From assembly GCA_964247055.1 (NCBI GenBank), contig OZ176053.1:13330001-13394000 (forward strand): a DNA stretch of 64,000 bases, in the 5' to 3' direction. Positions 40,801 to 53,000 of this stretch are shown in pieces. The number at the start of each line of letters is the position of its first letter. The first letter of the stretch is position 1. A program made the position numbers and the translations under genes. Below the pieces are notes generated by a model. The model had not been told where the DNA came from. It saw only the letters and a list, made by a program, of their open reading frames with translations, and made no database searches. The DNA comes from Paragordius varius. Its lineage: Eukaryota; Animalia; Nematomorpha.

Positions 40801-43699
40801 ACTCAAGTTAAACTTTGTCCTTAAAAATCGGATATTGGTCACCGGTGAACAAAATAATTTTTTTACATTCTGTTAGTAAGACTACATCAAAATATAGAGA
40901 TAGTTTGACAAACTCTTTCATATCCGATTTTTACAACGATACTTTAAAAATTAATGTATTAAACTAGTCGCATCAATACTCAAGTTAAACTTTGTCCTTA
41001 AAAATCGGATATTGGTCACCGGTGAACAAAATAATTTTTTATACATTCTCTTAGCAAGAATACATCAAATAATAGAGATAGTTTGACAAACTCTTTCATA
41101 TCCGATTTTTACAACGATACTTTATAAATTAATGTATAAAACTAGTCGTATCAATAAGTCGCATCAATACTCAAGTTAAACTTTGTCCTTAAAAATCGGA
41201 TATTGGTCACCAGTGAACAAAATAATTTTTTATACATTCTCTTAGTAAGACTACATCAAAATATAGAGATAGTTTGACAAACTCTTTCATATCCGATTTT
41301 TACAACGATACTTTAAAAATTATGGTATTAAACCAGTCGCATCAATACTCAAGTTAAACTTTGTCCTTAAAAATCGGATATTGGTCACCGGTGAACAAAA
41401 TTATTTTTTATACATTCTCTTAGTACGACTACATCAAAATATAGAGATAGTTTGACAAACTCTTTCATATCCGATTTTCACAACGATACTTTAAAAATTA
41501 ATGTATTAAACTAGTCGCATCAATACTCAAGTTAAACTTTGTCCTTAAAAATCGGATATTGGTCACCGGTGAACAAAATAATTTTTTATACATTCTCTTA
41601 GCAAGAATACATCAAATAATAGAGATAGTTTGACAAACTCTTTCATATCCGATTTTTACAACGATACTTTATAAATTAATGTATAAAACTAGTCGTATCA
41701 ATAAGTCGCATCAATACTCAAGTTAAACTTTGTCCTTAAAAATCGGATATTGGTCACCAGTGAACAAAATAATTTTTTATACATTCTCTTAGTAAGACTA
41801 CATCAAAATATAGAAATAGTTTGACAAACTCTTTCATATCCGATTTTTACAACGATACTTTAAAAATTATGGTATTAATCCAGTCGCATCAATACTCAAG
41901 TTAAACTTTGTCCTTAAAAATCGGATATTGGTCACCGGTGAACAAAATTATTTTTTATACATTCTCTTAGTAAGACTACATCAAAATATAGAGATAGTTT
42001 GACAAACTCTTTCATATCCGATTTTCACAACGATACTTTAAAAATTAATGTATTAAACTAGTCGCATCAATACTCAAGTTAAACTTTGTCCTTAAAAATC
42101 GAATATTTGTCACCGGTGAACAAAATTTTTTTTATACATTCTCTTAGTAGGACTACATATAAATATAGAGATAGTTTGGCAAACTCTTTCATATCCGATT
42201 TTTACAACAATACTTTAAAAATTAATGTATAAAACTAGTCGCATGATTACTCAAGTTAAACTTTGTCCTTAAAAATCGGATATTGGTCACCGGTGAACAA
42301 AATAATTTTTTATACATTCTCTTAGTAAGACTACATCAAAATATAGAGATAGTTTTGCAAACTCTTTCATATCCGATTTTTACAACGATACTTTAAAAAT
42401 TAATGTATAAAACTAGTCGCATCAATACTCAAGTTAAACTTTGTCCTTAAAAATCGGATATTGGTCACAGAGATAGTTTGACAAACTCTTTCATATCCGA
42501 TTTTTACAACGATACTTTAAAAATTATGGTATTAAACCAGTCGCATCAATACTCAAGTTAAACTTTGTCCTTAAAAATCGGATATTGGTCACCGGTGAAC
42601 AAAATTTTTTTTATACATTCTCTTAGTAGGACTACATATAAATATAGAGATAGTTTGGCAAACTCTTTCATATCCGATTTTAACAACAATACTTTAAAAA
42701 TTAATGTATAAAACTAGTCGCATGATTACTCAAGTTAAACTTTGTCCTTAAAAATCGGATATTGGTCACCGGTGAACAAAATAATTTTTTATACATTCTC
42801 TTAGTAAGACTACATCAAAATATAGAGATAGTTTTGCAAACTCTTTCATATCCGATTTTTACAACGATACTTTAAAAATTAATGTATAAAACTAGTCGCA
42901 TCAATACTCAAGTTAAACTTTGTCCTTAAAAATCGGATATTGGTCACCGGTGAACAAAATTTTTTTATACATTCTCTTAGTAGGACTACATATAAATATA
43001 GAGATAGTTTGGCAAACTCTTTCATATCCGATTTTTACAACGATACTTTATAAATTAATGTATAAAACTAGTCGCATCAATACTCAAGTTAAACTTTGTC
43101 CTTAATAATCGGATATTGGTCACCGGTGAACAAAATAATTTTTTATACATTCTCTTAGCAAGAATACATCAAATAATAGAGATAGTTTGACAAACTCTTT
43201 CATATCCGATTTTTACAACGATACTTTATAAATTAATGTTAAAAACTAGTCGTATCAATAAGTCGCATCAATACTCAAGTTAAACTTTGTCCTTAAAAAT
43301 CGGATATTGGTCACCAGTGAACAAAATAATTTTTTATACATTCTCTTAGTAAGACTACATCAAAATATAGAGATAGTTTGACAAACTCTTTCATATCCGA
43401 TTTTTACAACGATACTTTAAAAATTATGGTATTAAACCAGTCGCATCAATACTCAAGTTAAACTTTGTCCTTAAAAATCGGATATTGGTCACCGGTGAAC
43501 AAAATTTTTTTTATACATTCTCTTAGTAGGACTACATATAAATATAGAGATAGTTTGGCAAACTCTTTCATATCCGATTTTTACAACAATACTTTAAAAA
43601 TTAATGTATAAAACTAGTCTAATCAATACTATAGTTAAACTTTGTCCTTAAAAATCGGATATTGGTCACCGGTGAACAAAATAATTTTTGATACATTCT

Positions 43700-45800
43700 C
43701 TTAGTAAGACTACATCAAAATATAGAGATAGTTTTGCAAACTCTTTCATATCCGATTTTTACAACGATACTTTAAAAATTAATGTATAAAACTAGTCGCA
43801 TCAATACTCAAGTTAAACTTTGTCCTTAAAAATCGGATATTGGTCACCGGTGAACAAAATTTTTTTTATACATTCTCTTAGTAGGACTACATATAAATAT
43901 AGAGATAGTTTGGCAAACTCTTTCATATCCGATTTTTACAACGATACTTTATAAATTAATGTATAAAACTAGTCGTATCAATAAGTCGCATCAATACTCA
44001 AGTTAAACTTTGTCCTTAAAAATCGGATATTGGTCACCGGTGAACAAAATAATTTTTTATATATTCTCTTAGTAAGACTACATCAAAATATAGAGATAGT
44101 TAGACAAACTCTTTCATATCCGATTTTTACAACGATACTTTAAAAATTATGGTATTAAACCAGTCGCATCAATACTCAAGTTAAACTTTGTCCTTAAAAA
44201 TCGGATATTGGTCACCGGTGAACAAAATTTTTTTTATACATTCTCTTAGTAGGACTACATATAAATATAGAGATAGTTTGGCAAACTCTTTCATATCCGA
44301 TTTTTACAACAATACTATAAAAATTAATGTATAAAACTAGTCGCATGATTACTCAAGTTAAACTTTGTCCTTAAAAATCGGATATTGGTCACCGGTGAAC
44401 AAAATTATTTTTTATACATTCTCTTAGTAGGACTACATCAAAATATAGAGATAGTTTGACAAACTCTTTTATATCCGATTTTTACAACGATACTTTATAA
44501 ATTAATGTATAAAACTAGTCGTATCAATAAATCGCATCAATACTCAAGTTAAACTTTGTCCTTAAAAATCGGATATTGGTCACCGGTGAACAAAATTATT
44601 TTTTATACATTCTCTTAGTAGGACTACATCAAAATATAGAGATAGTTTGGCAAACTCTTTCATATCCGATTTTTACAACGATACTTTAAAAATTAATGTA
44701 TAAAACTAGTCGTATCAATAAATCGCATCAACACTCAAGTTAAACTTTGTCCTTAAAAATCGGATATTGGTCACCGGTGAACAAAATGATTTTTTATACA
44801 TTCTCTTAGTAGGACTACATCAAAATATAGAGATAGTTTGGCAAACTCTTTCATATCTGATTTTTACAACGATACTTTAAAAATTAATGTGTTAAACTAG
44901 TCGCATCAATACTCAAGTTAAACTTTGTCCTTAAAAATCGGATATTGGTCACCGGTGAACAAAATTATTTTTTATACATTCTCTTAGTAGGACTACATCA
45001 AAATATAGAGATAGTTTGGCAAACTCTTTTATATCTGATTTTTACAACGATACTTTAAAAATTAAGTGTTAAACTAGTCGCATCAATACTCAAGTTAAAC
45101 TTTGTCCTTAAAAATCGGATATTGGTCACCGGTGAACAAATTATTTTTTATACATTCTCTCAGTAAGACTACATCAAAATATAGAGATAGTTTGACAAAC
45201 TCTTTCATATCCGATTTTTACAACGATACTTTAAAAATTAATGTATAAAACTAGTCGTATCAATAAATTGCATCAATACTCAAGTTAAACTTTGTCCTTA
45301 AAAATCGGATATTCGTCACCGGTGAACAAAATTATTTTTTATACATTCTCTTAGTAGGACTACATCAAAATATAGAGATAGTTTGGCAAACTCTTTCATA
45401 TCTGATTTTTACAACGATACTTTAAAAATTAAGAGTTAAACTAGTCGCATCAATACTCAAGTTAAACTTTGTCCTTAAAAATCGGATATTGGTCACCGGT
45501 GAACAAAATTATTTTTTATACATTCTCTCAGTAAGACTACATCAAAATATAGAGATAGTTTGACAAACTCTTTCATATCCGATTTTTACAACGATACTTT
45601 AAAAATAATGTGTTAAACTAGTCACATCAATACTCAAGTTAAACTTTGTCCTTAAAAATCGTATATTGGTCACCGGTGAACAAAATTATTTTTTATACAT
45701 TCTCTTAGTAAGACTACATCAAAATATAGAGATAGTTTGACAAACTCTTTCATATCCGATTTTTACAACAATACTTTAAAAATTAATGTATAAAACTAGT
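43700..45800 (+). repeat. Block paralogous to ~60.1-62.2 kb (offset 16431, then 16429)
   Basis: TTAGAC 44101/60532, TTTTATATCTG 45030/61461, TTCGTCACC 45314/61743 and GTCACATC 45621/62050. Several substitutions separate the copies. Confidence 0.82.
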
Positions 45801-47299
45801 CCTATCAATAAATCGCATCAATACTCAAGTTAAACTTTGTCCTTAAAAATCGGATATTGGTCACCGGTGAACAAAATTTTTTTTATACATTCTCTTAGTA
45901 GGACTACATATAAATATAGAGATAGTTTGGCAAACTCTTTCATATCCGATTTTTACAACAATACTTTAAAAATTAATGTATAAAACTAGTCTAATCAATA
46001 CTATAGTTAAACTTTGTCCTTAAAAATCGGATATTGGTCACCGGTGAACAAAATAATTTTTGATACATTCTCTTAGTAAGACTACATCAAAATAGAGAGA
46101 TAGTTTGACAAACTCTTTCATATCCAATTTTTACAACGATACTTTAAAAATTATGGTATTAAACCAGTCGCATCAATACTCAAGTTAAACTTTGTCCTTA
46201 AAAATCGGATATTGGTCACCGGTGAACAAAATAATTTTTTTACATTCTCTTAGTAAGACTACATCAAAATATAGAGATAGTTTGACAAACTCTTTCAAAT
46301 CCGATTTTTACAACGATACTTTAAAAATTAATCTATTAAACTAGTCGCATCAATACTCAAGTTAAACTTTGTCCTTAAAAATCGGATGTTGGTCACCGGT
46401 GAACAAAATAATTTTTTATACATTCTCTTAGCAAGACTACATCAAATAATAGAGATAGTTTGACAAACTCTTTCATATCCGATTTTTACAACGATACTTT
46501 ACAAATTAATGTATAAAACTAGTCGTATCAATAAGTCGCATCAATACTCAAGTTAAACTTTGTCCTTAAAAATCGGATATTGGTCACCGGTGAACAAAAT
46601 TATTTTTTATACATTCTCTTAGTAAGACTACATCAAAATATAGAGATAGTTTGACAAACTCTTTCATATCCGATTTTTACAACGATACTTTAAAAATTAT
46701 GGTATCAAACCAGTCGCATCAATACTCAAGTTAAACTTTGTCCTTAAAAATCGGATATTGGTCACCGGTGAACAAAATTTTTTTTATACATTCTCTTAGT
46801 AGGACTACATATAAATATAGAGATAGTTTGGCAAATTCTTTCATATCCGATTTTTACAACAATACTTTAAAAATTAATGTATAAAACTAGTCGCATGATT
46901 ACTCAAGTTAAACTTTGTCCTTAATAATCGGATATTGGTCACCGGTGAACAAAATAATTTTTTATACATTCTCTTAGTAAGACTACATCAAAATATAGAG
47001 ATAGTTTTGCAAACTCTTTCATATCCGATTTTTACAACGATACTTTAAAAATTAATGTATAAAACTAGTCGCATCAATACTCAAGTTAAACTTTGTCCTT
47101 AAAAATCGGATATTGGTCACCGGTGAACAAAATTTTTTTTATACATTCTCTTAGTAGGACTACATATAAATATAGAGATAGTTTGGCAAACTCTTTCATA
47201 TCCGATTTTTACAACAATACTTTAAAAATTAATGTATAAAACTAGTCGCATGATTACTCAAGTTAAACTTTGTCCTTAAAAATCGGATATTGGTCACCG

Positions 47300-48500
47300 G
47301 TGAACAAAATAATTTTTTATACATTCTCTTAGTAAGACTACATCAAAATATAGAGATAGTTTTGCAAACTCTTTCATATCCGATTTTTACAACGATACTT
47401 TTAAAATTAATGTATAAAACTAGTCGCATCAATACTCAAGTTAAACTTTGTCCTTAAAAATCGGATATTGGTCACCGGTGAACAAAATTATTTTTTATAC
47501 ATTCTCTTAGTAAGACTACATCAAAATATAGAGATAGTTTGAGAAACTCTTTCATATCCGATTTTTACAACGATACTTTAAAAATTAATGTATTAAACTA
47601 GTCGCATCAATACTCAAGTTAAACTTTGTCCTTAAAAATCGGATATTGGTCACCGGTGAACAAAATTATTTTTTATACATTCTCTTAGTAAGACTACATC
47701 AAAATATAGAGATAGTTTGACAAACTCTTTCATATCCGATTTTTACAACGATACTTTAAAAATTATGGTATCAAACCAGTCGCATCAATACTCAAGTTAA
47801 ACTTTGTCCTTAAAAATCGGATATTGGTCACCGGTGAACAAAATTATTTTTTATACATTCTCTTAGTAGGACTACATCAAAATATAGAGATAGTTTGGCA
47901 AACTCTTTCATATCCGATTTTTACAACGATACTTTAAAAATTAATGTATAAAACTAGTCGCATCAATACTATAGTTAAACTTTGTCCTTAAAAATCGGAT
48001 ATTGGTCACCGGTAAGCAAAATAATTTTTGATACATTCTCTTAGTAAGACTACATCAAAATATAGAGATAGTTTGACAAACTCTTTCATATCCAATTTTT
48101 ACAACGATACTTTAAAAATTATGGTATTAAACCAGTCGCATCAATACTCAAGTTAAACTTTGTCCTTAAAAATCGGATATTGGTCACCGGTGAACAAAAT
48201 AATTTTTTTACCATCTCTTAGTAAGACTACATCAAAATATAGAGATAGTTTGACAAACTCTTTCAAATCCGATTTTTACAACGATACTTTAAAAATTAAT
48301 CTATTAAACTAGTCGCTTCAATACTCAAGTTAAACTTTGTCCTTAAAAATCGGATATTGGTCACCGGTGAACAAAATAATTTTTTATACCTTCTCTTAGC
48401 AAGACTACATCAAATAATAGAGATAGTTTGACAAACTCTTTCATATCCGATTTTTACAACGATACTTTACAAATTAATGTATAAAACTAGTCGTATCAAT
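47300..48500 (+). repeat. Block paralogous to ~62.7-63.9 kb (offset 15351)
   Basis: GAGAAAC 47541/62892 and TCCAATTTT 48091/63442; CTATAG, TTTCAAATCC, GTCGCTTCA and TTTACAAATT occur in the same order in both copies. Confidence 0.82.
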
Positions 48501-50066
48501 AAGTCGCATCAATACTCAAGTTAAACTTTGTCCTTAAAAATCGGATATTGGTACCGGTGAACAAAATTATTTTTTATACATTCTCTTAGTAAGACTACAT
48601 CAAAATATAGAGATAGTTTGACAAACTCTTTCATATCCGATTTTTACAACGATACTTTAAAAATTAATGTGTTAAACTAGTCGCATCAATACTCAAGTTA
48701 AACTTTGTCCTTAAAAATCGGATATTGGTCACCGGTGAACAAAATTTTTTTTATACATTCTCTTAGTAGGACTACATATAAATATAGAGATAGTTTGGCA
48801 AACTCTTTCATATCCGATTTTTACAACAATACTTTAAAAATTAATGTATAAAACTAGTCGCATGATTACTCAAGTTAAACTTTGTCCTTAAAAATCGGAT
48901 ATTGGTCACCGGTGAACAAAATAATTTTTTATACATTCTCTTAGTAAGACTACATCAAAATATAGAGATAGTTTTGCAAACTCTTTCATATCCGATTTTT
49001 ACAACGATACTTTAAAAATTAATGTATAAAACTAGTCGCATCAATACTCAAGTTAAACTTTGTCCTTAAAAATCGGATATTGGTCACCGGTGAACAAAAT
49101 TATTTTTTATACATTCTCTTAGTAAAAATACATCAAAATATAGAGATAGTTTGAGAAACTCTTTCATATCCGATTTTTACAACGATACTTTAAAAATTAA
49201 TGTATTAAACTAGTCGCATCAATACTCAAGTTAAACTTTGTCCTTAAAAATCGGATATTGGTCACCGGTGAACAAAATTATTTTTTATACATTCTCTTAG
49301 TAAGACTACATCAAAATATAGAGATAGTTTGACAAACTCTTTCATATCCGATTTTAACAACGATACTTTAAAAATTAATGTATTAAACTAGTCGCATCAA
49401 TACTCAAGTTAAACTTTGTCCTTAAAAATCGGATATTGGTCACCGGTGAACAAAATAATTTTTTATACCTTCTCTTAGCAAGACTACATCAAATAATAGA
49501 GATAGTTTGACAAACTCTTTCATATCCGATTTTTACAACGATACTTTAAAAATTAATGTGTTAAACTAGTCGCATCAATACTCAAGTTAAACTTTGTCCT
49601 TAAAAATCGGATATTGGTCACCGGTGAACAAAATTTTTTTTATACATTCTCTTAGTAGGACTACATATAAATATAGAGATAGTTTGGCAAACTCTTTCAT
49701 ATCCGATTTTTACAACAATACTTTAAAAATTAATGTATAAAACTAGTCGCATGATTACTCAAGTTAAACTTTGTCCTTAAAAATCGGATATTGGTCACCG
49801 GTGAACAAAATAATTTTTTATACATTCTCTTAGTAAGACTACATCAAAATATAGAGATAGTTTTGCAAACTCTTTCATATCCGATTTTTACAACGATACT
49901 TTAAAAATTAATGTATAAAACTAGTCGCATCAATACTCAAGTTAAACTTTGTCCTTAAAAATCGGATATTGGTCACCGGTGAACAAAATTATTTTTTATA
50001 CATTCTCTTAGTAAAAATACATCAAAATATAGAGATAGTTTGAGAAACTCTTTCATATCCGATTTT

Positions 50067-53000
50067 TACAACGATACTTTAAAAATTAATGTATTAAACT
50101 AGTCGCATCAATACTCAAGTTAAACTTTGTCCTTAAAAATCGGATATTGGTCACCGGTGAACAAAATTATTTTTTATACATTCTCTTAGTAAGACTACAT
50201 CAAAATATAGAGATAGTTTGACAAACTCTTTAATATCTGATTTTTACAACGATACTTTAAAAATTAATGTATAATTTAGCATACGACAATATTCAATTTG
50301 AACTTTGTCCTTAAAAATCGGATATTGGTCACCGGTGAACAAAATTATTTTTTATACATTCTCTTAGTAAGACTACATCAAAATATAGAGATAGTTTGAC
50401 AAACTCTTTCATATCCGATTTTTACAACGATACTTTAAAAATTAATGTATAAAACTAGTCGCATGATTACTCAAGTTAAACTTTGTCCTTAAAAATCGGA
50501 TATTGGTCACCGGTGAACAAAATTATTTTTTATACATTCTCTTAGTACTACATCAAAATATAGAGATAGTTTGACAAACTCTTTCATATCCGATTTTTAC
50601 AACGATACTTTATAAATTAATGTATAAAACTAGTCGTATCAATAAATCGCATCAATACTCAAGTTAAACTTTGTCCTTAAAAATCGGATATTGGTCACCG
50701 GTGAACAAAATTATTTTTTATACATTCTCTTAGTAGGACTACATCAAAATATAGAGATAGTTTGGCAAACTCTTTCATATCCGATTTTTACAACGATACT
50801 TTAAAAATTAATGTATAAAACTAGTCGTTATAAATCGCATCAATACTCAAGTTAAACTTTGTCCTTAAAAATCGGATATTGGTCACCGGTGAACAAAATT
50901 ATTTTTTATACATTCTCTTAGTAAGACTACATCAAAATATAGAGATAGTTTGACAAACTCTTTCATATCCGATTTTTACAACGATACTTTAAAAATTAAT
51001 GTATAAAACTAGTCGCATGATTACTCAAGTTAAACTTTGTCCTTAAAAATCGGATATTGGTCACCGGTGAACAAAATTATTTTTTATACATTCTCTTAGT
51101 AGGACTACATCAAAATATAGAGATAGTTTGACAAACTCTTTCATATCCGATTTTTACAATTAAACCAGTCGCATCAATACTCAAGTTAAACTTTGTCCTT
51201 AAAAATCGGATATTGGTACCGGTGAACAAAATTATTTTTTATACATTCTCTTAGTAAGACTACATCAAAATATAGAGATAGTTTGACAAACTCTTTCATA
51301 TCCGATTTTTACAACGATACTTTAAAAATTAATGTGTTAAACTAGTCGCATCAATACTCAAGTTAAACTTTGTCCTTTAAAATCGGATATTGGTCACCGG
51401 TGAACAAAATTATTTTTTATACATTCTCTTAGTAGGACTACGTCAAAATATAGAGATAGTTTGGCAAACTTTTTCATAGATTTTTACAACGATACTTTAA
51501 AAATTAATGTATAAAACTAGTCGTATCAATGAATCGCATCAATACTCAAGTTAAACTTTGTCCTTAAAAATCGGATATTGGTCACCGGTGAACAAAATTA
51601 TTTTTTATACATTCTCTTAGTAGGACTACATCAAAATATAGAGATAGTTTGGCAAACTCTTTCATATCCGATTTTTACAACGATACTTTATAAATTAATG
51701 TATAAAACTAGTCGTATCAATAAATCGCATCAATACTCAAGTTAAACTTTGTCCTTAAAAATCGGATATTGGTCACCGGTGAACAAAATTATTTTTTATA
51801 CATTCTCTTAGTAGGACTACATCAAAATATAGAGATAGTTTGGCAAACTCTTTCATACCCGATTTTTACAACGATACTTTAAAAATTAATGTATAAAACT
51901 AGTCGTATCAATAAATCGCATCAATACTCAAGTTAAACTTTGTCCTTAAAAATCGGATATTGGTCACCGGTGAACAAAATTATTTTTTATACATTCTCTC
52001 AGTAAGACTACATCAAAATATAGAGATAGTTTGGCAAACTCTTTCATATCCGATTTTTACAACGATACTTTAAAAATAATGTGTTAAACTAGTCGCATCA
52101 ATACTCAAGTTAAACTTTGTCCTTAAAAATCGGATATTGGTCACCGGTGAACAAAATTATTTTTTATACATTCTCTTAGTAAGACTACATCAAAATATAG
52201 AGATAGTTTGACAAACTCTTTCATATCCGATTTTTACAACGATACTTTAAAAATTAATGTATAAAACTAGTCGTATCAATGAATCGCATCAATACTCAAG
52301 TTAAACTTTGTCCTTAAAAATCGGATATTGGTCACCGGTGAACAAAATTATTTTTTATACATTCTCTTAGTAGGACTACATCAAAATATAGAGATAGTTT
52401 GGCAAACTCTTTCATATCCGATTTTTACAACGATACTTTAAAAATTATGGTATTAAACCAGTCGCATCAATACTCAAGTTGAACTTTGTCCTTAAAAATC
52501 GGATATTGGTCACCGGTGAACAAAATAATTTTTTTACATTCTCTTAGTAAGACTACATCAAAATATAGAGATAGTTTGGCAAACTCTTTCATATCCGATT
52601 TTTACAACGATACTTTAAAAATTAATGTATTAAACTAGTCGCATCAATACTCAAGTTAAACTTTGTCCTTAAAAATCGGATATTGGTCACCGGTGAACAA
52701 AATAATTTTTTATACATTCTCTTAGCAAGAATACATCAAATAATAGAGATAGTTTGACAAACTCTTTCATATCCGATTTTTACAACGATACTTTATAAAT
52801 TAATGTATAAAACTAGTCGTATCAATAAGTCGCATCAATACTCAAGTTAAACTTTGTCCTTAAAAATCGGATATTGGTCACCAGTGAACAAAATAATTTT
52901 TTATACATTCTCTTAGTAAGACTACATCAAAATATAGAGATAGTTTGACAAACTCTTTCATATCCGATTTTTACAACGATACTTTAAAAATTATGGTATT

